Source: an uncultured bacterium
GTDB lineage: Bacteria > Oederibacteriota > Muellerivitia > Muellerivitales > Muellerivitaceae
Length of the DNA: 64,000 nucleotides
Assembly (NCBI GenBank): GCA_964529445.1
Contig: CAZGWJ010000003.1
Location: 5,592-69,591, forward strand
Direction: 5' to 3'
The notes beneath the pieces were generated by a model that saw nothing but the letters and a program-made list of their open reading frames with translations, made no database searches and was not told where the DNA came from. Shown here one piece after another: positions 9,891-19,370 of the stretch (position 1 is its first letter; the number at the start of each line of letters is the position of its first letter). The translations under genes and the position numbers were made by a program.

Positions 9891-9913
9891 TGGAGCGGGC
9901 GATGGGACTCGAA
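9891..9913. repeat. attL: 23-bp direct repeat identical to the 3' end of tRNA-Gly(CCC)
   Basis: tggagcgggcgatgggactcgaa, identical to 52995-53017. It is the reverse complement of the last 23 nt of the tRNA, including CCA. Confidence 0.8.
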
Positions 9914-10012
9914 AACAAGGTGCTCAGTTCACGTTTCCCAAGGTTAGCATCATTTTTCACGCACTTAGGAAGCAATTTTCCACGCCCTTTCCTTCACCAA
10001 CCCAACATCATT

Positions 10013-10420
10013 TTAAAGGATTTCTAGCGGATTTGCACACCCTTCAGGCGCTGCGGGTAGAGAAAAGGTAGATGCGAACTTCTTCATCTGTTCCTCGTCC
10101 AAACCCCAATCAAATGGCTCTTCGCCCTCAACCGGCTCCAACAGTTTCTTCTTGAAGAAAGCCAGTTGCACCGGGTCATCAGGTATTCCTAGACTCCTAT
10201 GCCACGCTTTGAGAAGCATCTCCCGTTCCCGCCGAACTTCCATACCCATCTCAAGGTACTTCAGGATCAGAGGATCGCCGGGCTTGACACGCTCGAACCA
10301 TTCTATCTTTTCATCTACGTAGCGAAGAACCGATTGACACACGTGAAGCATCTTTTCGTTATCCTCAGTATCGCCAAAATTCGGAAGTCTCATCTGTTCC
10401 TCCTCGTGTTCACGTATCAC
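10013..10420 (-). CDS. Hypothetical protein
   Basis: 135-aa ORF. The start is ambiguous between a GTG at 10420 and an ATG at 10393. No recognisable motif. Confidence 0.4.
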   Translation of the reverse strand: MIREHEEEQMRLPNFGDTEDNEKMLHVCQSVLRYVDEKIEWFERVKPGDPLILKYLEMGMEVRREREMLLKAWHRSLGIPDDPVQLAFFKKKLLEPVEGEEPFDWGLDEEQMKKFASTFSLPAAPEGCANPLEIL

Positions 10421-10442
10421 ATTTGGTCCAGTTTTGTACTAC

Positions 10443-10943
10443 TTACAGGACCTCATCCAACAACAATCCCTCCGGGTTCGCCGATGGCTCTGTAGTCACA
10501 CTTTGGTTGCCCGTTGTTTCGCCCGCTTCACCAGCTGTTCGGGATTCGATATCGCTCTGCCCATCTACCGGTGTGGATTCTCTTGCCGCCAGTAAACCCA
10601 GTGCCTTTTCCACATCCAGATCCTCTGCGCGGATGGCAGCCAAAATCGGAGGGATTCGGCTTATGGCCGTCTGAGTGTCCAATGCTTCAGCATTTGAAGC
10701 CGCTTTCAACAAACCGTTCAACACCCTCGCCAGCGACTCAATCCGATGCCGTTTGCCAATGGCCAACCCCTCTACGAACGACTCCATCTCCAATATCTTC
10801 AAGCCGCTAATCGTCGACGAGTGTGCTTTGCCCCACTCAACCAAAATCGTCTTTGACAGCCCCATTTTCTCGGCGATTTTCGCGTATGAAACACCCTGAC
10901 TACGCAACTCAATGAACTCCTTGTGCCTTTCCAGCGATTCCAT
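10443..10943 (-). CDS. Helix-turn-helix DNA-binding protein
   Basis: N-terminus ELRSQGVSYAKIAEKMGLSKTILVEW is a typical HTH (sigma region-4 or resolvase-like), followed by an acidic tail. Confidence 0.5.
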   Translation of the reverse strand: MESLERHKEFIELRSQGVSYAKIAEKMGLSKTILVEWGKAHSSTISGLKILEMESFVEGLAIGKRHRIESLARVLNGLLKAASNAEALDTQTAISRIPPILAAIRAEDLDVEKALGLLAARESTPVDGQSDIESRTAGEAGETTGNQSVTTEPSANPEGLLLDEVL

Positions 10944-11343
10944 GATCCACCTCCGGTGATTTGGGAAGTCCCAGCATTGGATGCGCTTTCGGGCCCAAGA
11001 CGTATTGGGGCCCTAAAGCCCGTAATCCAAGCCGTGACTTCCAAAGCTGATGAGCGTTATTCGCCCATGGCGGTGGGTATATACTTCGTCCTTGTTTCAA
11101 ACCGGTATATTTACCGTGTTTGGAACATTGTTTTGCTTCCTTACACCACTGCTCCCTACTTAATGCAATTCTAACTCGACAGTCATGCCTGTCAATTTAA
11201 AGATATTTATTATAATCCACAGAATTCTACTGCATATTTGCCCCATCAAAGACACCCCGCGGGATAAAGCCCGGGGGCTTTATATGAAAATATGACCTTC
11301 CCCGACAACACGGCAACCAGTTCAAGCATATGTTCGTAATCGA

Positions 11344-11562
11344 TTATTGCTTTTTAAATGTCGTTCGATGCTTCTTTGATGCCTTTTTGACCGTCGTGCG
11401 TGATCGCGTATGCGTCCTCACGCCCTTGCCGTTCTTTTTCGAATACGCCTTCACATGGCTGGGGTTCTTAGCGGATGCACCCTTCAGGCCAGACTCGACC
11501 GGCCCCGGGAACGCCGTCGCCAGAATAAACACCGTCAGGATAAGTACAAGAACGCGTCTCAT
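11344..11562 (-). CDS. Small secreted, very basic protein
   Basis: Start at MRRVLVLILTVFILATAFPG (signal peptide), then a K/R/T-rich tail. It directly follows the stop of the upstream Cys-rich gene. Confidence 0.4.
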   Translation of the reverse strand: MRRVLVLILTVFILATAFPGPVESGLKGASAKNPSHVKAYSKKNGKGVRTHTRSRTTVKKASKKHRTTFKKQ

Positions 11563-12230
11563 CGCACCATACCTTCCTGCCTCAGCTGGTGGCGGCACTT
11601 GAAGCACAGGGTCCCGTACCCCTCCACCCAGGCGGTGTGCTTGAACGGCACCTTTTTCCCGCACTTCGCGCAGAGGTGGGTTTTATCCATGCTCGGAACG
11701 TTTTTTGACCGCACCCTTTCCCTTTCCAACTCTGCCCACGCCTCCAGTTCCTTCTCGATCCATCTTTCGTCAACCGGCATAGCGTCCGAACATTCGCAGA
11801 CACCGTTCGGCGTATCTGATTGACAGAGACGTGTCTTCCTGTCTGGGAACCAATGGCCGCATTTCCGGCAGAAGAGGTTGTCCTCCGCCACGCAGCAGCC
11901 ACCCAGGATCACCAGTCCTTCCCGAACAGCTTCATCCAAATCGGGTTGGCCCCTCAAAATCAGACCGTAGATGATGAGCCCGATCTCGGACAAAGCACAC
12001 TTCGGGCAGACCTCGCCCTGAACGGCGCTCCGGACCTCATCCTTGATTTTGTTCTTTCGCATGGATTCCTCCAGTAGACAAACCATACCACCACCCAGGA
12101 ACACGATGGCCGCCTGCAATATTGCGAAAACATTGCCATAAGCAGCACTGTCCATGACATGGTTTATAATTAGGTCATCAAATAACCCGAGGTTCGCCAT
12201 GACCCCCATGTCCAGCGGTCGCAAACCCAT
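11559..12230 (-). CDS. Cysteine-rich putative zinc-ribbon protein
   Basis: Several CxxC pairs: CPKC, CRKC, CAKCGKK, CFKC. No other recognisable domain. Confidence 0.45.
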   Translation of the reverse strand: MGLRPLDMGVMANLGLFDDLIINHVMDSAAYGNVFAILQAAIVFLGGGMVCLLEESMRKNKIKDEVRSAVQGEVCPKCALSEIGLIIYGLILRGQPDLDEAVREGLVILGGCCVAEDNLFCRKCGHWFPDRKTRLCQSDTPNGVCECSDAMPVDERWIEKELEAWAELERERVRSKNVPSMDKTHLCAKCGKKVPFKHTAWVEGYGTLCFKCRHQLRQEGMVR

Positions 12231-13314
12231 GATCTATCTCGCAGGCCCCATTACGGGCTGCAAGGATCACCAGGTTCACGGCTGGCGCGACGCCCTGATC
12301 AAGGGTCGTTCCGAAAGCTACGAGTTCATAGACCCCACTCGCCGACTAAAGCTCCAGAAACATAAATCCCCTGAAGAATATGCGCGCCTCATCGTCGAGG
12401 GTGACCGCCAGGACATCATGGAATCCGATGCGGTCCTGGCGCACCTTTGGAAGGAGTCCATTGGAACCGCCATGGGAATCATGGCCGCATATTCCTACAA
12501 CAAGCCTGTTGTCGTGGTACTTCCCGAGAGCAACGAGAGCGCGGCACTGCGACAGAATCACACCATCCGGTTCTACGCACGCGCCATCGTGAAGTCTCTA
12601 CGAGAGGGGATGGAAGCTCTGGACGAGATCTTTGCTGGAGCCACAGCCTGGAGGTTCCTCCACGAGAACAGGAGCTTCCCTGAAGATCTTAGCGAGACCG
12701 AGATCCTCAACCGACTCAAAATGATCTCCATGTCCTGCGGCCGGGACTCAATATCTACACCCCGAAGGCTTTTAGACCGCATCCTGGTCCGTATCCAGGC
12801 ATTGCAAAGGGAAACAATCACCGAAAAAGACTTGAATGATGCCGCACAGGCCATCCTTGAGGAGGAAGACCCCTGCATGGCCGTAAAGATGAAGGAATTC
12901 CTGAAAAGTCGAAGGAAGAAAGCCACCCTCACCCCTACACCGACCGCGAGAGAGGTCATCGTGTCCGGCGGCGACCATCAGAAGAGCATGTGGGGTGACG
13001 GGCAAATACGGTCGCTGAAGGATATACCCGATAAGAGCGGGGCGCGCGCGCTGCTGCGTCTTGTTGCCTCAGTAGATGGCGTCGAGGCTATTCACCTGGG
13101 GGCTTTTGATGGTGACAATTGCAGACCTCAAAACACTCATCAACTCCGGGTGTACAGTGATAATGGCCAGAACGTCATCTTCGCCCGCATCCATGGCCGG
13201 GGGGTCTATAAGCACTGGCAGGATTGCACGATCACGATCTCCGGAGTGGATTTGACACGTTTTCGACAGAACCTGATTCAAACTCTACAGATGGCTGGGA
13301 TGCTGTGTTCCTAA
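12199..13314 (+). CDS. Nucleoside 2-deoxyribosyltransferase-like (Rossmann) N-terminal domain fused to an unknown C-terminal domain
   Basis: MIYLAGPITG...H..W......SDAVLAHLW...GTAMGIMAAYSYNKPVVVVLP matches the Ndt/DUF4406-type fold. The C-terminal 200 aa are unassigned. Confidence 0.55.
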   Translation: MTPMSSGRKPMIYLAGPITGCKDHQVHGWRDALIKGRSESYEFIDPTRRLKLQKHKSPEEYARLIVEGDRQDIMESDAVLAHLWKESIGTAMGIMAAYSYNKPVVVVLPESNESAALRQNHTIRFYARAIVKSLREGMEALDEIFAGATAWRFLHENRSFPEDLSETEILNRLKMISMSCGRDSISTPRRLLDRILVRIQALQRETITEKDLNDAAQAILEEEDPCMAVKMKEFLKSRRKKATLTPTPTAREVIVSGGDHQKSMWGDGQIRSLKDIPDKSGARALLRLVASVDGVEAIHLGAFDGDNCRPQNTHQLRVYSDNGQNVIFARIHGRGVYKHWQDCTITISGVDLTRFRQNLIQTLQMAGMLCS

Positions 13315-13474
13315 ACGTGGCCGAAATGACTTCGAATGGTTGTTACACAATGATTCGTTTTGATCAGATATCAGCGAAAGGCCAATACCTTTTGCTTCAT
13401 GATCATATCAGGCCGAGGAAAACGGCTCATTTTGTCAGCAAACCACATACTGTCTTTATTTGAAAGCGTGCCCC

Positions 13475-14635
13475 ATGCACTCGTACGGAAAAATAAACGA
13501 ATACGACCCCCGCAGAGGCCTGGGCACCGTCTCCGACTTGTTGATACCTGACACCTGCAATGTATATTTCCAGTTTGATACTATTCGTCATATCTTTCCA
13601 GGATTACATGATCCCAAACAGAAAGATCTCATAGGCAAACCTCTCTGGTACGAATATAGCCCTCACCCAGAAAGACCGCAATTGTATCGAGCTTACTGTC
13701 CTCCACAAGATCTAACAGAAGACTTTAAGTATTCCTTGCACCACAGAATACTTAGCATATGGAAAAGCTTGTCACAGGATATTACTTCCGATCAGCGCCG
13801 GGTTGCCGCGGAACTTTACGGTGCCGTCTATTTAGAAAAGCTCGATGCTTCTCGGGTCCGGTTAGCCGCAAATAAGGCACGTGCCGATGCCGAAGAAGCG
13901 ACGCGCCGGACGATTGCGCTTGAGGAAAAACGCATAGCAGATCAGCTGGCTAACCTTCATGCTATGAGGCGAGAATTAGAAGCCTCAAAAATGGATACTC
14001 GTCTCACCACAGAACAGACTTCTCGGATCAAAGATATCTGCCGTGAGCGCGGTATTTTGCAGCTGGTTCATTTCACTCAATCGCAGAATCTGGAATCAAT
14101 TCTAAAATACGGCCTAGTGCCCTTAACGGAACAGTTGACCATGAAACGCAGGGGCATTCACCCCCTGACCTCGGACAGCGTCAGGCATGACGGTCAAAAC
14201 AATGCTGTATCTCTTAGTGTTGGTTTTCCAAACTACAAGATGTTTATGCGCAAACGCTGCGACCTGATAAATAGCAGTTGGGCCGTCCTCGTTTTAGATC
14301 CCGCCATCCTTTGGGAATTAGATTGTTCATTCTGCCCCGAGAATGCGAGTTCTAATGCGGTTCGTCACATAGATGGCGGATATTTGTCTTTGAATACGCC
14401 CGAGCATTTCGGGTCTCTTTTCCAAGAATCCATTCGTAATGTCTCCAATCCACACTTTACGAGCAATCCTCAAGCCGAGGTCCTTGTTCGCGGCTGGATC
14501 TCACCCGACTATATTCGCGAAGTGATAACCGACACGAAACACCCGTTTTTTGGCCCCCGTTCAGACTACAACCACTGGAAACGCCCCGACGAGTCAGGCA
14601 CGATAACAGGAGATGAAAGTGATTTTCATGGATAA
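13475..14635 (+). CDS. DarT-like ssDNA ADP-ribosyltransferase (DUF4433) C-terminal domain with a roughly 180-aa N-terminal coiled-coil extension
   Basis: The C-terminal part LVHFTQSQNLESILKYGLVP ... AVSLSVGFPNYKMFMRKR ... QAEVLVRGWISPDYIREVI follows the DarT motif order: IYHITH..NL..IL, FYF..RSPM, and the catalytic E in QAEFLV. ATG at 13475; the upstream TTG at 13460 is an alternative. Confidence 0.6.
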   Translation: MHSYGKINEYDPRRGLGTVSDLLIPDTCNVYFQFDTIRHIFPGLHDPKQKDLIGKPLWYEYSPHPERPQLYRAYCPPQDLTEDFKYSLHHRILSIWKSLSQDITSDQRRVAAELYGAVYLEKLDASRVRLAANKARADAEEATRRTIALEEKRIADQLANLHAMRRELEASKMDTRLTTEQTSRIKDICRERGILQLVHFTQSQNLESILKYGLVPLTEQLTMKRRGIHPLTSDSVRHDGQNNAVSLSVGFPNYKMFMRKRCDLINSSWAVLVLDPAILWELDCSFCPENASSNAVRHIDGGYLSLNTPEHFGSLFQESIRNVSNPHFTSNPQAEVLVRGWISPDYIREVITDTKHPFFGPRSDYNHWKRPDESGTITGDESDFHG

Positions 14636-15308
14636 CCCTAGGGCCATCCGCCCCGTCTTCACTCCCCTTGATGCTCCGCCTTTTTATAAGAAATTCATGG
14701 TGGAGTTCAATTGGTTCCCCGGACTGAGCCATTCTCAAACGTCCCGTTGCATTAACTCACTTCATGCTGCCGCCGATTCATTGAGTCTCGCCCCTACCCT
14801 GGAAGTCTCCACTCGTTCAAATGACAATTTAGGCCGTGCATTGAGCGCATTTAACTTATCTCTCAGCATGGGTGGAATAGAAGCCCCGATCGAATGTTTC
14901 TTTCAAGGGAGCAAGGTTTTCGAGCACGGTGGGCCCTACTCCGATCTCTATCACGCTACCGCCCACGATGCCAAGACCGATCCACGAATCAAACAATCGG
15001 GTTCCATTACCGGGTTCGAAATGGTCGGTCGTCGTTACCCCATTTACCCCCGAACGTCCTTCTACGATCATTTGTATATACGTGTTCTATTCGAGAATCC
15101 CAATCTTCTAGATGCTGCCAGTAAATACGCATCTTTTACGGACATTGCGTTCAACCCCAAGAAATCCCTTAACTGCCAAGCCCAGTCACTAGCCATTTGT
15201 GTCGCTTTAGCCAACATTGGCCTCATAGAACAATATGCTATGGATCCCGATTCCTGGTTCCTCGCCCAAACGAATCATGACGATACCCAACAGTCGCTTG
15301 GTATCTGA
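14613..15308 (+). CDS. Hypothetical protein overlapping the DarT-like gene by 23 bp; candidate cognate antitoxin
   Basis: 231 aa with no macrodomain motifs. Coupling to the upstream gene is inferred only from the 23-bp overlap. Confidence 0.45.
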   Translation: MKVIFMDNPRAIRPVFTPLDAPPFYKKFMVEFNWFPGLSHSQTSRCINSLHAAADSLSLAPTLEVSTRSNDNLGRALSAFNLSLSMGGIEAPIECFFQGSKVFEHGGPYSDLYHATAHDAKTDPRIKQSGSITGFEMVGRRYPIYPRTSFYDHLYIRVLFENPNLLDAASKYASFTDIAFNPKKSLNCQAQSLAICVALANIGLIEQYAMDPDSWFLAQTNHDDTQQSLGI

Positions 15309-15363
15309 TTTTCTCACCGTATCTTGCGCACCGCGGTTGATCGTATAGAGGTTAACATTCTTC

Positions 15364-17571
15364 TTATTGCATCAGCATTTCGGACTGCATTTTCCCGCCA
15401 TTCTTAATATACATATTAACCTCCTCATTGGTCATCTCATCGCTTCGTTTTTCCACCTTCCACACGTGCTCATGTATCAGCTTATCTCGCACTCGCTTAA
15501 TTTTTTGCAATTGCTCGGCCCACTCTTTTACAAGCACCCCTTCATCGCGCAATCTATTGATATAGTCTCGGGTTGTTTCGTAAGAAGCTCCCAAATGTTT
15601 CATTGGCACTTTTCTTTTGTAATATTTCAGCACCTGCTCAAAACCCGCCGCGAAATATAACCCCGCCGTCATACGATCCCTATACTTCTCAAACATATAT
15701 TCGGCCGTGGTAAAATAATCATTCTTTCTCACAATTCTCGCCAATTCCTCATCCCTGGCTTTTAACAAACGCGTTTCTTGTCTTTGTATTTCTTTCATGT
15801 TATTCATAACCGCTTGCTTTTCCGCGATTATTTTCTCCAACTCTTCACTCAACACATCTTTTTCCTTTATTGCTTCTCGATATGCCTTATTCATTTCCAA
15901 CAATTCGCTTTTAACATCGTCATACACATCTCCCACTTCTGAGTCCCTAGCCCTCTGAGACTCAATGTATACCTCGTTGTCTTCATATATCCGGACAAAC
16001 ACAAATACCATTAATGGGCATATAATAATCGCACTTAACCATAAATATATTGAACGATTAATCGATTTGTACTTTAGCCAATACTGCGGATCTCTGAACA
16101 ACTCATCGGTAGAAAAGATAGCTGCGGAAAACAGACTTTTCCAGAATCCGCGATTCAACGATCTCGAATACTTGACTTTCATACCGTGCATTTGATTATC
16201 ATCTTCAGGATATGTATGTTCCCATTTCGTTATATGCCTATCAGTCGGATTTTTGTGTGAGCTTTGATAAATCCACAATTGTTCTTTCCCGTCCGTTCTT
16301 TGAATCTCCAGATATCCAGGCGCTGATTCAACTATACTTACTAAGTGCTTTTTGAATTCATCGTCATTTCCAACGCCCGCGTGCGTTGCATTTGCCAGCA
16401 CCTCAATCGTTTTCAAATAATATCTAAAATTCGATTCATACCTATTTTCCAACGACGAGTAATACTGATGTTGATTTACGGCATAAAGCAATACCGTAAG
16501 TAGAATGCCTGTCAACATTCCACTAGCTACAGACCTTAGACGATCAGTCAAAAATGTTTGGAATACGCCCGTATTATGAAATCGAGGAAATACCACTTTC
16601 TCGACTGGGTTGCTTTCATCATTTACTTTCCGAAATATAATCCGCCCCACGCTCTTCTCGCTGCATATATTTTCACTATATTTATCAAGCACGATCTCTT
16701 TACTCTCATGTAGAAGTGACTGGATTTCATTGGCCATTTTCTCCAATACTTCCGTTGAACCAGATATTCTCGGTTTCGAGGATATTGTTATTGCCCCCCA
16801 TTCTTGACATAGCACATCTATACACAATACATTGCTTGCGTTTTTTTCCATTATTAAATTATTATGAACAAACGTTTTTTCACATGAACCAATCCAACTA
16901 TGTATTTTTTCAACTAATGCTTTGATATATTCATCATCCATATCAAATGCCACAATACTTTTGTACCTTTTGGCCGAGCATTTACCAGCGATATTTGAAT
17001 CCATAGGCACATCGTCGGCAGTATCGGAAAATGCATAACCAGGGAGAAACATAGAGACCACTATTTTGATTACAACTATTATCATCACATATATTGCTTT
17101 TAGCAAATAGTAGACAATAACTAGTGGTAATACTATTGGCAGTACTACCAATACGTAAATAGCAAACATCGTGCGATACCATTTTGGTTTATCTTTGCAA
17201 TATCTTTCGACACCTTTGTAATAACCCTTCTTAGCGCCTTTAATAAATTCATATATTGCACTCGATATCCTCGAGTATGCACTTCTCTCCTTTTGTTCAC
17301 TCCCATTATCCACCGCACTATTCACACCCCGGTCTTCACTTCGGAATCCCTGTTGGAATTCAAATGCCGCTCCGGAAGCTTTTTGCACTAACCTTCCTCT
17401 AATCGCCATTCCCACTAATTCAAATATTATTCGTATTGGACCGCCCTTAATAATCCACAATAACAACCGTAGTACTAACACTGTAACTTCAACAACGAGT
17501 GTAAATATGGTTATCTTGCGATAACCACCCGGATCCATCTTCTTTCTTATCATTTCAATTGATTCAGTCAT
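15364..17571 (-). CDS. Large multi-pass membrane protein with a C-terminal coiled coil and a possible HEPN-like R-x4-H motif
   Basis: 735 aa with several hydrophobic helices, for example LVVEVTVLVLRLLLWII, AIYVLVVLPIVLPLVIVYYLL, LTGILLTVLLYAV and IYLWLSAIIICPLMVFVFV. The C-terminal coiled coil contains ...RVRDKLIHEH. Confidence 0.5.
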   Translation of the reverse strand: MTESIEMIRKKMDPGGYRKITIFTLVVEVTVLVLRLLLWIIKGGPIRIIFELVGMAIRGRLVQKASGAAFEFQQGFRSEDRGVNSAVDNGSEQKERSAYSRISSAIYEFIKGAKKGYYKGVERYCKDKPKWYRTMFAIYVLVVLPIVLPLVIVYYLLKAIYVMIIVVIKIVVSMFLPGYAFSDTADDVPMDSNIAGKCSAKRYKSIVAFDMDDEYIKALVEKIHSWIGSCEKTFVHNNLIMEKNASNVLCIDVLCQEWGAITISSKPRISGSTEVLEKMANEIQSLLHESKEIVLDKYSENICSEKSVGRIIFRKVNDESNPVEKVVFPRFHNTGVFQTFLTDRLRSVASGMLTGILLTVLLYAVNQHQYYSSLENRYESNFRYYLKTIEVLANATHAGVGNDDEFKKHLVSIVESAPGYLEIQRTDGKEQLWIYQSSHKNPTDRHITKWEHTYPEDDNQMHGMKVKYSRSLNRGFWKSLFSAAIFSTDELFRDPQYWLKYKSINRSIYLWLSAIIICPLMVFVFVRIYEDNEVYIESQRARDSEVGDVYDDVKSELLEMNKAYREAIKEKDVLSEELEKIIAEKQAVMNNMKEIQRQETRLLKARDEELARIVRKNDYFTTAEYMFEKYRDRMTAGLYFAAGFEQVLKYYKRKVPMKHLGASYETTRDYINRLRDEGVLVKEWAEQLQKIKRVRDKLIHEHVWKVEKRSDEMTNEEVNMYIKNGGKMQSEMLMQ

Positions 17572-17617
17572 TCAATCGCCCTGTGTTATTGTCTTGTATT
17601 TTCGCAGGTTCTTCCCT

Positions 17618-19189
17618 CTATGTATTTGTGTTCGTTAAATGCCTACCAACATGTCCAATGACTATCTTTTTAACCGCATGATCCCGATACATATGTATCG
17701 ACAAACACTTATTCGGTTGTTTCGCGCCAAGCGTAATATGGTTTTCAAATAGTACCTTCTCGCCTTTATAGATGAATTTATACTCTTCTCCCCATTTCCC
17801 CTCCGACGTCTGTGAGATGCCATCTTTATACTCATATCCTTTCGTTCTGAAAAGGTTTCGTAGTGAGCATTGCTGACCTGCACCCGAAATACTTTTCTTC
17901 CATTGTTCTGCCACATCATTGATGGCATCCAACGCCTGAAATACGTTATCCGGTCTCGAGTATGGAGAGTCTTTTGCTGATTCTATGGCACTATCAAGGA
18001 ATAGAATATTGGTAAATCTCTCTCTCGCTGCTAACACTGCATCCAAAACCGACCCATATTCCTCATTATCCCCAGATTCACTTTGCTCCTCATTCGAAGA
18101 GCGCGTCTTGCAATTAACACACATTTGATATAGCTGTTGCTTAATGGCGTCATTTTCTTCCAGTAATCGTTGCTTCTCAATAATATTCATGTCGTTAATC
18201 TCTACCATCTCTGACCACGAACGATATAGCTCGTCATAGCTCGTTGTAGTGCGTTCCTTGATCGCTTTTATACGTTCATTTTCAACCACCGCCCTGAACT
18301 TCGCGATCTCGGACGGCTCGACATATTGCATCGCCGCCGCTTCACACACAGTGTTAAACACAGCATTCTCAAAATACCGTAATTCCCTGAATGATCGAAT
18401 CGTTGTACCAAGCCAACATTTATGGTAAGCGGAGAGATCGCCTTCTCGAAAACGCGGCCAATATATCCTCAGTGCACCGTTGTAACACCCCATCCCCTTA
18501 CCAAGAGCTTCCGATAACTTGTATGTAGTCCATTTATCCTCTAAAACCACAAATACTGCCAATCCCAGCAGCCTCTGAGCTAGAGGTGATGGATCGAATA
18601 TCAATACGTTATTATAGTTCTCTTTGGATAATACGATGATTGGGATCCGGCGTTCCGCCGTTTTAATAAATTCCACCAAACTCGGCACATCCTCGACTTT
18701 GATCACATAGACCTGATCGTTAATCTCAATCCCTGAAATAAACGCTGGACATTTCCCAACAAGCGTTTTTACGATTCGTGGTGCACCCAGCTGAATACGC
18801 GGTGGTGCAACAATGCATTCTGTAGCTGATATGCGGATTACCAGGCAGAATATGATTTCCTTGGCACCTTTCAAAACACTCACCGATATGTGCCATCGCA
18901 GTCCAGGATCGTCGTCATGCGGGTGGACCCAACTCACATCATAAAGGACAACATTATTCGAATCCTTCTCTTGATATCCCTTCACTTCAATTCGGCTTGC
19001 ATCTTCCAATAGATATTCTTTCGTCAATGTCTCGTCGATGGTCAAATCAATTTTCTGTCCACTCTCTTTTCGCGCGTTATATCTACAACATACCCATTCA
19101 TTTACTTCACGCCAAATACTCTCGAACAATTCCTTGATACCACGTTCATCGCAAGGAAAGCGAAGAATACAGGCATATACCGGATGCAT
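17618..19189 (-). CDS. Hypothetical protein of 523 aa
   Basis: Long ORF with an ATG at 19187-19189, in the same orientation and GC context as the CARF operon. No motif recognised. Confidence 0.5.
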   Translation of the reverse strand: MHPVYACILRFPCDERGIKELFESIWREVNEWVCCRYNARKESGQKIDLTIDETLTKEYLLEDASRIEVKGYQEKDSNNVVLYDVSWVHPHDDDPGLRWHISVSVLKGAKEIIFCLVIRISATECIVAPPRIQLGAPRIVKTLVGKCPAFISGIEINDQVYVIKVEDVPSLVEFIKTAERRIPIIVLSKENYNNVLIFDPSPLAQRLLGLAVFVVLEDKWTTYKLSEALGKGMGCYNGALRIYWPRFREGDLSAYHKCWLGTTIRSFRELRYFENAVFNTVCEAAAMQYVEPSEIAKFRAVVENERIKAIKERTTTSYDELYRSWSEMVEINDMNIIEKQRLLEENDAIKQQLYQMCVNCKTRSSNEEQSESGDNEEYGSVLDAVLAARERFTNILFLDSAIESAKDSPYSRPDNVFQALDAINDVAEQWKKSISGAGQQCSLRNLFRTKGYEYKDGISQTSEGKWGEEYKFIYKGEKVLFENHITLGAKQPNKCLSIHMYRDHAVKKIVIGHVGRHLTNTNT

Positions 19190-19370
19190 TTTTCACCTCC
19201 TCAACAGGCTTCGTTTATCGACAATTCGAAATCAACAATCGCAAGACCCATTTTCCCCATAGGCACTGACATGCCCACATCTTGGCACGAGACCGATGGT
19301 GTGACTTTGCAAGTTCTGGGGTACCAACACTTCTTTTCAATGTTCCACTCCAACCACACAAATTCACTAT

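Noticed and set aside
14613-15308. Calling the 231-aa protein a DarG macrodomain antitoxin
   Set aside because: No macrodomain signature (no G-rich phosphate-binding loops of the GGGV.GAI type) is visible. It is kept only as an unknown candidate partner.
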